A DNA stretch of 19,998 nt from Candidatus Heimdallarchaeota archaeon (GCA_046761065.1 JBHIFL010000071.1:1-19998), one strand, 5' to 3'; positions 1 through 9,240 are shown, counted from the first letter of the stretch. Notes: generated from the letters alone by a model not told the origin. Program-made: numbers and translations.

Positions 1-28
1 TAAAAAAATTTCCTTACGAAAATTAGGC

Positions 29-57
29 GGACGCCTGTTTCGCGTCTCTTTTTTTTT
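29..57 (+). terminator. Putative intrinsic terminator of a gene upstream of the window
   Basis: Stem GGACGC(29-34)/GCGTCT(42-47) with a 7-nt loop, followed by a T9 run (49-57). Confidence 0.5.
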
Positions 58-278
58 CAAATCAAATCTTGTGAATACTTGACACAAATAAAATATATAT
101 AGATATCAAAAAATATATAACACTACCTGTGATGCAGATTGAGGCCTGAAAAATGTACAAATTATACTTCATAAACATAATAATAACTCTATAGTTTATG
201 CAGAAAAAGATCAAATGTAGAGATTTCTAACAATCTATATGTTAATCATGTAATTCAAGAAAAAGGTGAAGATTGGTT

Positions 279-1079
279 ATGAGTCAGTCAAAATCGTTTG
301 CCCCGATGAGGAGCAATCATGAAATTGAAATACGGACAGAGAATTTATCCAAAGTCTTTGGGTCTGTGGAAGCTCTTAAAACGCTGAATTTGGAGGTTCG
401 AAAGGGTAGCACCTTTGGTTTTTTGGGACCGAATGGGGCGGGGAAGACAACTACGGTGCGAATCCTGTCGGGCCTCCTTCAGCCAAGTGATGGAACGGCC
501 ACGGTCTGTGGGTTTGATGTCCACACCCAGCGGGATGCAATCAAGGCAGCCACCGGGCTGCTGCCGGAGGCCCCCGGCCTCTATTCGAAACTCTCGGCTG
601 TGGAGTTTCTCGAGTTCATTGGAGCGCTCAACGACCTCAGTGGTGAGCTCGTACATCGACGCATTGACCGCCTGCTGGGCATCTTGGGTCTGGAAGGGCG
701 GCAAGATGATCTGCTCGAGAGCTATAGTTCAGGGATGAAGCAAAAGGTCTTGGTCGCATCAACAATCCTACATGAACCCCGGTTGATCTTCCTAGACGAG
801 CCGACCTCCCGTCTTGACCCCGCAGCGAGTGCGTTAGTCAAGGAATTGATCCTTGCTATGGCCGAGGAAAACGACACAACGTTCTTCATCTGCACCCACA
901 TGACCGATTTTGCCGAGGATGTCTGTAATATTATCGGCATCCTGAATGAGGGCCAACTTACCGTTCGAGGTGCACCTCAGAAGATAATCGACCAGATGGG
1001 TGCCCGTGATCTCGAAGATGCCTACCTCAAGATTGTGGGCGGCAAGATCGAGCGCGAAAAACTCCTCAGTTGGAGGTAG
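279..1079 (+). CDS. ABC transporter ATP-binding protein (ABC-2/drug-exporter type)
   Basis: Walker A GPNGAGKT, signature YSSGMKQK, Walker B/D-loop IFLDEPT, H-loop CTH. GGTGA RBS at 265-269 favours ATG 279 over TTG 273. Confidence 0.95.
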   Translation: MSQSKSFAPMRSNHEIEIRTENLSKVFGSVEALKTLNLEVRKGSTFGFLGPNGAGKTTTVRILSGLLQPSDGTATVCGFDVHTQRDAIKAATGLLPEAPGLYSKLSAVEFLEFIGALNDLSGELVHRRIDRLLGILGLEGRQDDLLESYSSGMKQKVLVASTILHEPRLIFLDEPTSRLDPAASALVKELILAMAEENDTTFFICTHMTDFAEDVCNIIGILNEGQLTVRGAPQKIIDQMGARDLEDAYLKIVGGKIEREKLLSWR

Positions 1080-1085
1080 GAAGAG

Positions 1086-2711
1086 ATGGCACCGTTATGG
1101 TGGGCGATTGCGAAGGCCGAACACTATGCAAAGTTTTCTAAATTTCATCGGCGAAGAACGGTGTTTTATGGGATCATAGCACTCGTAAGTGTTGTCTGGG
1201 CGCTCTTCATAGTTCCATGGATTATCTCGCTGTTTATCGATCTGTTAGGAGAGAGAATCCAGGCGTTTCTGATGGTTGCCCTGCCAGGAATAATGAGATC
1301 GGTCATATTAATACTGTGGATTATGTTGTTGATCTTTCCGCTCTCCGGGGCCCTCCAAGAGATCAAAATTGGACAATGGGAGATCATCCTTAGTCACAAT
1401 GTGAGTACCCGTGCCTTACTCACGGGATCTTTTGTGGGTGGAATTCCAACCAACGGTTTAGTGGTGCTGTTCTTGGCACCAGTGTTGATCACCCCCTTTA
1501 CTACCGTCTTCCAAGTGTCAGTACTAGGACAAGCGATCATTTACGGGGTACTCCTCCTTACTGTCTTCGGCTCATTATGGGTCTCTACGGTTATAGCCAC
1601 GGCCATCCAAGCCAAACTCGGGGAATCTTCGAGAGGCAATGACATCGCCAAGGGGCTCAGTATGCTCGTGGTATTAATCTTTTTACTCCCTTTTTATGGC
1701 CTTATTTACTTTGCTGAGTCACTCTCAAATTTCATGGGTATGGATATATTCTTGCTCCTTCCCTCCAGCTGGAGTGCCGACATGATCACCTGGTCAGCCA
1801 TCAAATTTAATGGTTTGAACCTCCCAGAAGAAGTAATCATGGCGTTCGAAACGATGCTGGGGTTCCCAGTACTACTCAATTTCATCCTACTCGTGGTATT
1901 TTCGATCGGTGTGGTTGGGATCGGCATCCTAACAGCAGACCGTTTGTTTAACTTCGGAGCATCCGGTGCACGTTCCACAGTGACGACAGTTGGTCGCGAG
2001 AACCTGTTCCTCCGGGGACTCCGCCGCCTTATCCCGGGATCCTTTGGGGTATTGGTGGTCACCGCTTTGAAGGATTTCACCCGCAAACTTCAGAACTTGT
2101 CGAAATTAGTGTATGGCATGATCATCGCGATCATAGCTCCAGTATTACAAACCTACGTAATTGGCGTGCCATTCTTCGTTAATATGTTCCAAGTAAGTAT
2201 GATGATGGGAATGATGGGTGCGTTGACATTTGGAGGAGTAGGGTTTTTAGATTCTCAAGACCAGCTCTGGATCATGAAAAGCGCCCCCAAGGGAGTATCC
2301 AAGTTTGTAAAGGCCCGTCTGGTGGAAATCCTCCTCTTTGCCATCCCAATTGCAGTAATTCCCTCGCTAACAGTCGCTATAATTACGGGGATGAGGAGTT
2401 GGGAGTGGATTGTCACACATGGAAGCACCTACAGTTTGATCTGTGGAGCGGCTTTGGTTGGAACTGGCATTACAGCGAACAATCCAACATATGAAGACAC
2501 TAAGAGCGGTTCATTCAGCGCGAATATAGGATTGAGCATGATCATCTCCACGGGGACGATTATATTATCGCTTATCGCCATGATAAAAGTGGAACAACGG
2601 TTTGGGAGCTTGGTACTCATGACATTAACTTATATTAGTCCTATCGTCCTCATTGGCGTCTTAATATGTGTCATCGGCACTCGACGCCTCGCCAGATCAG
2701 ACACGGTATAA
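1086..2711 (+). CDS. ABC exporter permease, multi-pass membrane protein
   Basis: 541 aa with roughly 12-14 hydrophobic segments. Starts 6 nt after the ATPase stop, with a GGAGG RBS overlapping the end of the ATPase gene. Two similar halves (WEIILSHNVS / LWIMKSAPKG). Confidence 0.85.
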   Translation: MAPLWWAIAKAEHYAKFSKFHRRRTVFYGIIALVSVVWALFIVPWIISLFIDLLGERIQAFLMVALPGIMRSVILILWIMLLIFPLSGALQEIKIGQWEIILSHNVSTRALLTGSFVGGIPTNGLVVLFLAPVLITPFTTVFQVSVLGQAIIYGVLLLTVFGSLWVSTVIATAIQAKLGESSRGNDIAKGLSMLVVLIFLLPFYGLIYFAESLSNFMGMDIFLLLPSSWSADMITWSAIKFNGLNLPEEVIMAFETMLGFPVLLNFILLVVFSIGVVGIGILTADRLFNFGASGARSTVTTVGRENLFLRGLRRLIPGSFGVLVVTALKDFTRKLQNLSKLVYGMIIAIIAPVLQTYVIGVPFFVNMFQVSMMMGMMGALTFGGVGFLDSQDQLWIMKSAPKGVSKFVKARLVEILLFAIPIAVIPSLTVAIITGMRSWEWIVTHGSTYSLICGAALVGTGITANNPTYEDTKSGSFSANIGLSMIISTGTIILSLIAMIKVEQRFGSLVLMTLTYISPIVLIGVLICVIGTRRLARSDTV

Positions 2712-2883
2712 TATATTAAACACTCCCGTTGAACCCACTTTCTATATATCTTCTTTTTCTGATTGTTTTCCTACTTTTTTAGATGCATATCTGAGGTGGT
2801 GACTGACAAACAAACTTTTCAGTTTCTCACATGTTAAGAAAAGGAATTGTGGGAGTATCTCCACTGCGTGCCCCTCATATCTC

Positions 2884-3228
2884 TTATCTTTTGTCCAGCC
2901 AGTATACTCGCCATTCGGAGACACGCCTTCCACGCACTTTGGCAGTCCACATGCTAGGGCCATTAAGCCGTGGCTCATTAGAACATGTAGAATAGCCAAT
3001 CATTATAACAACATCGTTGTTGACTGTTACGGAAGTGAAAATATTTCTGTAATCAGGATGGTTCTCAAAGAACTGTCTCCAACCCTCTTTCATGTTTTTA
3101 TATACATCACCAGAGTTATCTATGAATGTGTGGTCATCAGTCATTAACTGCACTAAACCATTCAGATCTCGCTGGTTTATCTTTTCATTGAACCTCAAAG
3201 CTACCATCATAAAATCAAAAGCATCCAT
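2884..3228 (-). CDS. SnoaL-like / NTF2 family protein
   Basis: 114 aa with the pattern FNEKINQRDLNGLVQLMTDDHTFIDNSG...WRQFF...PDY and terminal VSEWRVY, typical of SnoaL_2/NTF2-like proteins. Confidence 0.85.
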   Translation of the reverse strand: MDAFDFMMVALRFNEKINQRDLNGLVQLMTDDHTFIDNSGDVYKNMKEGWRQFFENHPDYRNIFTSVTVNNDVVIMIGYSTCSNEPRLNGPSMWTAKVRGRRVSEWRVYWLDKR

Positions 3229-3308
3229 CTTACATCCATCACGTTCCAGAGATTGCTATAATTCATTTATGACTTGATTTATGCCTTTTTCATGTTTTGA
3301 TATTTTAC

Positions 3309-3758
3309 TTATAGCGTGCGCGTGATTTCAACTCGTCCCTCGTTTCCATTTACTCGCACATAATCGGTTGTTTGGATTGCTTCGACAGGGTTTTTTTCGA
3401 GGCGATCAACTATTGGGATTGCCTTGTTGTAAAAGATTGGAGCCATAAGGGCTCCACTAACCAAGATAGGTTCGGTTCTGACATTGATAATCGCAGCTGG
3501 AGCGTTTCCACATCGAACTGCTTCAAGAAACACAATGGCACCCGTAGTTGAGCCTTTTCCGTAGGGAAAGACTAAAACCGTATCACGGACTTGCTCTCTA
3601 TAAAGGTCATGCCTTTTGTCGATGATAAAACCGGTTTGGGGATCTAAACCTCCCCAAAGGCTGAGATTCTGCTTACTGACGAGAGCCGGTCCCTCAGTAA
3701 TGCCCTTCACCACACTACGTCCCTTTAGCGTAAATTTCATTTCTTGCATTGTCACCAC
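3309..3758 (-). CDS. Aconitase X swivel (small) subunit, DUF126
   Basis: Motifs LSLWGGLDPQTG and VLVFPYGKGSTTG (catalytic Ser region), followed by APAAII...EPIL. Lies 12 nt downstream of the large subunit. Confidence 0.93.
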   Translation of the reverse strand: MVTMQEMKFTLKGRSVVKGITEGPALVSKQNLSLWGGLDPQTGFIIDKRHDLYREQVRDTVLVFPYGKGSTTGAIVFLEAVRCGNAPAAIINVRTEPILVSGALMAPIFYNKAIPIVDRLEKNPVEAIQTTDYVRVNGNEGRVEITRTL

Positions 3759-3770
3759 AAGGAAGTTAGC

Positions 3771-5009
3771 TTATTGAAATGCGCCTTGAATTGCTGTTTT
3801 AACACACGCTTCAAGGCTTCCATATATCACCTCTGTGTTGCACAACGCAGGCCCATAGCACGCACATTTCCCAGAATCCGTCATTAGGGTTTTGAAGCCG
3901 TAGATGTGGGTGGGAGAGACTAACATACATGTTTCGGTTAAAATTTGTGCCCCACTCGCTTTGATGATACGCGAATACCCGGCTCGTTTTGCTAGCATTT
4001 CCACATAGTTGGACACATAAACCCAAAATGTGGTGTTATTATGGATTTTTTTGTCTTTTAATAGCATCGCAAGTTTCCTCATCTCCATGGGGGAATAGTG
4101 GGGACAGCCCACAGCGATGAAGTCCACTGGCCCATCACGGATCGTGCTCATTTCCTCTTCTTGCGTTTGTTGTAACTCCTGCATCCCCAACTCAATCGTA
4201 TCCTCCCACTCTCCTTTTTCAACAGGTCTTTCTCTGGTTGTTGCTTCAGGAGTTACCCCAGGAATATGATAGAGTGCGACTGATCCTGAAGCGGCCATGG
4301 CAGCCCCCATGTTTTTCAACTGGTCTGTCGAAACGGTGCGAGGAAGTCCTGTTAGCACAGGAATTTTCTCGTCAACCTGTTTACCGACGAAGTAGCCGAT
4401 GGTTGGATAATCGGAGTCGGTTATACTTTTGGGGTCAACCTGGATTTTCACCAACGCTTGTCCTTGGCGGTTTTTGGCTAAATGGAGCCCGAACTTTGGC
4501 ACTCTGCCCGCTATCCCCGCTGCCATATCTACCACCGCAGTCAACCGATTCGTCCGGGCGCCCATGACGGAATTGGCGAAGATTACCGCGGAGGATTCAG
4601 ACCAACCTAAGTCTTGACCAGGTCGTGGGATATTCCCATGGAGATAAGGAGTACAGGTCCATACCTGGATTCCCCCGAGTTGTTCTTGGGCTCGTACAAT
4701 CCTCATCTGTTTTTCTGCATACTCTTCTGGAATTTTTAAGTCGCGCCAGCGTTGGAGATCCATTCCTGCGGGGTCTAGAGTTGTTGGAACTGCATATTTT
4801 CCTCCGTATCCCGCAAATTTTTCGCAGATTTCGACTCCAGCATCCAGAATATCGCGGTATGGTGTCATAACGGTATGCGCGCTAGCAATTGGTAGCATCT
4901 GATCTGCACCATAGATGTCTCCCACCTTTGTTAGGAGTTCCATTGCTAACTGAACAGCCGTTCCCTGCTCGCCATCGAACATTTGTTCTTCCTGTTTGGT
5001 AAGGTACAT
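3771..5009 (-). CDS. Aconitase X catalytic (large) subunit, DUF521 (phosphomevalonate/hydroxyproline dehydratase family)
   Basis: Motifs MYLT..E..M.DGE.G, TCTPY, WSESSA..FANSVMGARTNR, GCPH, TCMLVSP and TDSGK, including three Fe-S Cys candidates. Confidence 0.95.
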   Translation of the reverse strand: MYLTKQEEQMFDGEQGTAVQLAMELLTKVGDIYGADQMLPIASAHTVMTPYRDILDAGVEICEKFAGYGGKYAVPTTLDPAGMDLQRWRDLKIPEEYAEKQMRIVRAQEQLGGIQVWTCTPYLHGNIPRPGQDLGWSESSAVIFANSVMGARTNRLTAVVDMAAGIAGRVPKFGLHLAKNRQGQALVKIQVDPKSITDSDYPTIGYFVGKQVDEKIPVLTGLPRTVSTDQLKNMGAAMAASGSVALYHIPGVTPEATTRERPVEKGEWEDTIELGMQELQQTQEEEMSTIRDGPVDFIAVGCPHYSPMEMRKLAMLLKDKKIHNNTTFWVYVSNYVEMLAKRAGYSRIIKASGAQILTETCMLVSPTHIYGFKTLMTDSGKCACYGPALCNTEVIYGSLEACVKTAIQGAFQ

Positions 5010-5168
5010 CCCACGTCCTCACGAGGAATAGTAAGTTTGCTGATAACTTTTAAAAATTTCCCCATATTGTTTTGGAACGCCGAAAAACAATTATAACACT
5101 TGAAAATGAGCTAAGCCGCTTATAAAGAGTAGGTGCATCACTAGCAGTTCCTGTTTCGGGTTGTTCAT

Positions 5169-5996
5169 TCACACCCTCTGAGATATGTGAATAGTCGGGT
5201 TCGCATAACAGTATAGGCACCCTCCGGGACATTGCATTGTGTACCACCCAATATCAATACTTCGCGTACATCCACAGAGCGGTCTCTGGCCTAGCGCTTT
5301 ATGTGTGTCCGTTAATTCTCTGAGAGGGTGAAGCTGGGTTAAGAGATTTCCATCAATACAACGAGCGGCAGGCAAGCCTTCTATACAACATGATAAGATT
5401 TCAACGTTAAAGACCTTTGAGTAGCCTTTCAAGATGTCTAGGCATTCATCACGGTTATTCTGAGCTAAGTCATTCCAAATAACTCCTAGTTTCCGAAGTC
5501 GTCGTACAACTTTACTATAGAAAGTGCAAAAAGATGTCACGAACCGACGAACACCATGGCTTCTACTGCGCTCAATGATTTCCTCAAACAGAGGTAGGTT
5601 GGAATATTTTATCCCTTGATAGGTTAAATCAAGTATTGGATCAATACGTATCAAGAGCTTTCGCGGATCGCTTCCAATGATTTCGATTACTTTTGGAACA
5701 AGGGTCAAAACTACATCTGTTGTAGGCACATTTGGTTCGATTGGAGTGCCGCCCAATCCAGTAATCGTTAGGTGAATGAATTTATTATAGGGAGCTAGTG
5801 TACCTCTAACTTGAGAATTTTTCACTAGATGCCTAGGATCTTTTGTCCACAGAACCAGAGTATGAACTTTTTCGGGAGGATATTTTGTTTTCAGAATGTC
5901 AATTAATTTCGAAGAGTAGAAACTGAGCATATCAGTTCTGCGGGAGGCCGAAATTACAACTTTTGTGTTTCGCGCTTCAAGATCCATTATCTTCAC
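5169..5996 (-). CDS. DUF1848 family protein (probable Fe-S, radical-SAM-related)
   Basis: Hallmark motifs ISASRRTD, WTKDP, TITG...EPNVP, RIDPI, CIDG and GQR..CGC..SIDIG.Y..CPGGCLYCYA. Confidence 0.9.
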   Translation of the reverse strand: MKIMDLEARNTKVVISASRRTDMLSFYSSKLIDILKTKYPPEKVHTLVLWTKDPRHLVKNSQVRGTLAPYNKFIHLTITGLGGTPIEPNVPTTDVVLTLVPKVIEIIGSDPRKLLIRIDPILDLTYQGIKYSNLPLFEEIIERSRSHGVRRFVTSFCTFYSKVVRRLRKLGVIWNDLAQNNRDECLDILKGYSKVFNVEILSCCIEGLPAARCIDGNLLTQLHPLRELTDTHKALGQRPLCGCTRSIDIGWYTMQCPGGCLYCYANPTIHISQRV

Positions 5997-6034
5997 AAGA
6001 GTTTTTAGTCTATGAATTAGAAGTCTTGCTTCAA

Positions 6035-6047
6035 AAGCGTTTAAATA
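6035..6047. promoter_or_regulatory. Putative BRE-TATA box in the divergent DUF1848/SDR intergenic region
   Basis: AAGCG-TTTAAATA. The same 10-mer AAGCGTTTAA occurs on the - strand at 8244-8253, just upstream of the class V PLP gene. Confidence 0.4.
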
Positions 6048-6155
6048 ACTATAAAATCACCTAAAATTATTATGTTTATTTACGATTATGCGTTAGGCAA
6101 AGAACTGATCTGGTTTAAATGAAATAAATTAAAGCTCCAATTCAGTAAGAAAGAT

Positions 6156-6740
6156 GGGATAATAATAAGAGCGTATTCAATAATAATTTCAGTTGCTGGA
6201 GCCAATGGCTTTTTAGGGTGCCATATAATTCACGCTGCGATCCGCCAAGAATGGATTGTTAATGCCATTGTTCGGCGCACCGATGCAGCTCAACTAATCG
6301 GATCTATAGGAGCTAAACCGCATATTATACCTGATTTCACTCCAAAAGCACTCAGCCCCATTATTCGGGAGAGTAATGAAATGTTGCATTTTATTGGAAT
6401 CACCAAGGACGATCCAGCTGATTTTGATCGTATCAACGTCGGTTTGGCTAAAATCGTGTTGGAAACTGCCATTCTACATAAAATAGGACGTATAATCACC
6501 CCTTTTAGCTTAGGAGTCGATCATTACGGAAAACCCATGGGCAACCAATGCTTACTTCGAATCTAAAATGAAAATCGAGCAACTCTTTCAAACTCATGAT
6601 TATCCATTTGTCATTATTCGACCATCATACATTTTAGGACCAGGTGATGAGCTACTACCCTATATGGTACAAGATCTACTGAAGGAAACCATAAAACTCA
6701 CGGGCGATGGGACGAAACCTATGTAACCGATCTTTGTGCA
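6156..6740 (+). pseudogene. NAD-dependent epimerase/dehydratase (extended/atypical SDR) pseudogene
   Basis: First frame encodes the Rossmann motif IISVAGANGFLG (about 6183-6218) with no in-frame ATG upstream of it. After a frameshift near 6534, a second frame reads PWATNAYFESKMKIEQL (YxxxK)...IIRPSYILGPGD...GDGTKPM*PIFV, with a premature TAA at 6724-6726. Similarity ends at about 6740. Confidence 0.88.
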
Positions 6741-7065
6741 CAAGAGTCCTCTACACATACCGGAAGAGAGAGATTGATTTCATCCCTCCAGGGATGGGTC
6801 ATCTTAGTCAGGTTGGTTGCCAATCCGGGCGGCATCATGATGAGTATTCTCGTCATCTAATCCTTGGAATGCGAGATATCACACTATGGATTGCTCAGTT
6901 TTCGTATAGCGATCGGTATGTTAAAGTGATTGCATATGAACCGATATTTAAGACGACAACAGAGACTAAGAGGAGGCTTGACATGGACGAATGCATCTTC
7001 TATTGGCAAATGACGGGAAGAGAACCATGGATGGAGCGATACAATACATCATCTTTCTTTTGTCC

Positions 7066-8217
7066 TCAAATAATGACGTCAAGTGCTGAGAAGAATGCAT
7101 CAATTTCAGTTTTGGTATTGTAGAAGTGAGGAGAGACCCTGATTCCCCCAACCCTGGCGTCCACAAAGACTTTATGTTCTATCAGTCGTTTAACAACCTC
7201 TTCGGGATTAGGTACTTGTATATTAACAATTGAACCCCGTCGTTCGTCCTCGAGAGGAGATCGGAGTGAAAAGCCACGTGCTAAGGCTTCCTCAACCACA
7301 TACCGTGACAACGCGCTGTTACGTGCTCGGATTTTCGTGACACCTATTTCACGAATCATTTCCAGCCCCGGCTTTGCAGCATAAGCCGAAGGAACGGAGA
7401 AAGTCCCATATTGGAATCGTCTCGCATCTCGAGCGGGAGTCGGGTGTTTGATATCGTATTGAGTCCATCTAGGCCCAAAAGGATCCTCATCTGCAAGCCA
7501 CCCTGCCGCAGTGGGTTCAAAATCCTCGATAATGTCTTCTCTCACGTATAAGAAGGCGATTCCAGGCCCCCCAAGTAGGTATTTCAGGGTCCCACAAACC
7601 AAAAAGTCGACATCTGCTTTTTTAACGTCTATTGGAATAGTTCCCACAGATTGGTATCCATCGACAAGAAGATAGGCTCCCTGTTCATGGGCGATATTCG
7701 CAAGTTCTTGGATATCTTGAATGAATCCTGTGACGAACAACACATGCGAAATTGGAACAATTAAGGTCGTTTCATCGATTTCTTTCGCAAATGCTTCAGT
7801 AGGGATGGTGATGCCGTCAGAGCTTGGGACAAATTTTACCTGCGCACCATGGCGTTCATATGACCGAAAGATGTAGGCTACGGTAGGGAAATTCAATTCG
7901 CTCATCACGACGTTCCGTCGTTTCCCAAAATCCAAGGAACTGGCAACTGACGAAATTGCTGTCGAGACGGAAAGTGAGGCTGCAATTTCCTCTTTTTTAG
8001 CTCCAATGATGTCGGCAAATAGCTGTTTGACTTGTTCTATGGTAGTAAACCATCCTTCCTCCTCAAACCAACCATGGGCTCCAAATGTTTCCCAAATTTC
8101 AGTATAACGAGCAAGCTCTTTACGGACTTGTCGTGGCATAGCTCCTAGGGAGCAGGTGAGTAGGTAGGTCTTGTCTTCCAGCATGGGAAATTCGGTGCGA
8201 TAGCTTTCCCAATCCAA
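7066..8217 (-). CDS. Aminotransferase class V-fold PLP enzyme, kynureninase-like
   Basis: Motifs YRTEFP, NFPT, ISHV.F.TG, LVDGYQSVG, PLP-lysine GTLKYLLGGPG and IRVSPHFYN. TTG start with GGTGG RBS. Confidence 0.9.
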   Translation of the reverse strand: MDWESYRTEFPMLEDKTYLLTCSLGAMPRQVRKELARYTEIWETFGAHGWFEEEGWFTTIEQVKQLFADIIGAKKEEIAASLSVSTAISSVASSLDFGKRRNVVMSELNFPTVAYIFRSYERHGAQVKFVPSSDGITIPTEAFAKEIDETTLIVPISHVLFVTGFIQDIQELANIAHEQGAYLLVDGYQSVGTIPIDVKKADVDFLVCGTLKYLLGGPGIAFLYVREDIIEDFEPTAAGWLADEDPFGPRWTQYDIKHPTPARDARRFQYGTFSVPSAYAAKPGLEMIREIGVTKIRARNSALSRYVVEEALARGFSLRSPLEDERRGSIVNIQVPNPEEVVKRLIEHKVFVDARVGGIRVSPHFYNTKTEIDAFFSALDVII

Positions 8218-8240
8218 CTCGGTCCACCTATACGCCTATG

Positions 8241-8253
8241 AAATTAAACGCTT
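8241..8253 (-). promoter_or_regulatory. Putative BRE-TATA for the class V PLP enzyme gene
   Basis: The - strand reads AAGCG-TTTAATTT, 24-36 nt upstream of the start codon. Confidence 0.4.
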
Positions 8254-8382
8254 CAAATGTTTTTTGGCGGGAGATTCAGTTGTAGGTGAACTTGGAGGTA
8301 AAGGTGGTGTTGCAGTTTCCCACTAGCTAACCTTAAATAGGAGGTCTATCTGGTGCGTAGGTAGGAGCAGGTGTTGCAAAAG

Positions 8383-9240
8383 ATGGAGATTAAAAAAATC
8401 GCAGTCCTCGGTTTAGGGATCATGGGGAACGGAATTGCTCACGTTTGTGCCCAAGCAGGCTTTGATGTCTGGGCGCGGGATATTAACGACTCACTTGTGG
8501 AGCAAGGCCTTAAAACCATCCGGAAAAACTTGGAACGCGGGTTAAAAAAAGGTCGGATCACGGAAGAAGAAATTGAGACAATCATGGCACGGATCCATGG
8601 GACAACTAACTTAAAAGCCACCGTTACAGATGCGGACATCGTGATCGAAGCGATCATCGAGAATATGGAGCTGAAAAAGCAAGTCTTTAGGGAAATAGCC
8701 GCGATGACGTCAGATCACTGTATTATCGCGAGCAATACGTCATCCCTTAGCATCACTGAACTCGCATCCGTAACCAAACGTCCGGATAAGTTTGTTGGCA
8801 TGCACTTTTTCAATCCTGTCCCCGTTATGAAGCTTGTTGAAATCATCAAAGGGTCAGAAACGTCGGATGAAACCGTCCAAGTGATAGATGGCTTAGCAAA
8901 GAAATTGGGTAAAGAAACTGTACTATGTAAAAAAGATATGGCGGGCTTTATCGTGAATCGCATCTTAATCCCTTGGCTCAACAGCGCATTAAATACAGTT
9001 TATGAGGGGATTGCCACGCCAGAAGATGTGGATAAGGCAATGAAACTCGGAACTAATGTTCCAATGGGCCCATTTGAGTTATTAGACTTTGTGGGCTTAG
9101 ATACCACTCTGCATATCTTGGAATACATGAAACAGGAGCTCGGACCGGCCTATCAACCTAGTCCCTGGCTTAAGGATTTGGTTCGTGCAGGGCGACTTGG
9201 GCGAAAAACGGGTCGTGGTGTCTATGAGTATCGAAAATGA
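8383..9240 (+). CDS. hbd: 3-hydroxybutyryl/3-hydroxyacyl-CoA dehydrogenase
   Basis: Motifs GLGIMGNGIA (NAD binding), VIEAIIE, SNTSSL, GMHFFNP, GFIVNR, PMGPFELLDFVGLD and GRKTGRG. ATG 8383 preferred because of AGGTG RBS spacing; GTG 8371 is an alternative. Confidence 0.95.
   Translation: MEIKKIAVLGLGIMGNGIAHVCAQAGFDVWARDINDSLVEQGLKTIRKNLERGLKKGRITEEEIETIMARIHGTTNLKATVTDADIVIEAIIENMELKKQVFREIAAMTSDHCIIASNTSSLSITELASVTKRPDKFVGMHFFNPVPVMKLVEIIKGSETSDETVQVIDGLAKKLGKETVLCKKDMAGFIVNRILIPWLNSALNTVYEGIATPEDVDKAMKLGTNVPMGPFELLDFVGLDTTLHILEYMKQELGPAYQPSPWLKDLVRAGRLGRKTGRGVYEYRK

Noticed and set aside
60-260. AT-rich stretch with short inverted repeats (e.g. TTGTG-N9-CACAA, 69-87) as a replication origin or mobile-element end
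   Set aside because: No ORB-like repeats, cdc6 gene, transposase or target duplication. Consistent with an ordinary promoter region.
345-2620. Alternative-frame and antisense ORFs within the ABC genes (and similar ones inside acnX, hbd, por, ltaE, nfeD, alaX and the wHTH genes)
   Set aside because: They overlap well-supported genes and have no recognisable motifs, so they are treated as shadow ORFs.
2742-2999. 85-aa - strand ORF
   Set aside because: It overlaps the SnoaL gene in another frame and has no motif.
5050-5247. 65-aa - strand ORF between DUF1848 and acnX
   Set aside because: It overlaps the conserved DUF1848 C-terminus and has no motif or RBS.
6724-6726. Possible selenocysteine/pyrrolysine read-through in the SDR
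   Set aside because: The stop is TAA rather than TGA or TAG, and the gene carries other lesions.
6707-7123. 138-aa ORF as a real gene
   Set aside because: It starts inside the pseudogene, overlaps the 3' end of the PLP enzyme gene, and has no RBS or convincing motif. Kept only as part of the unexplained-segment finding.
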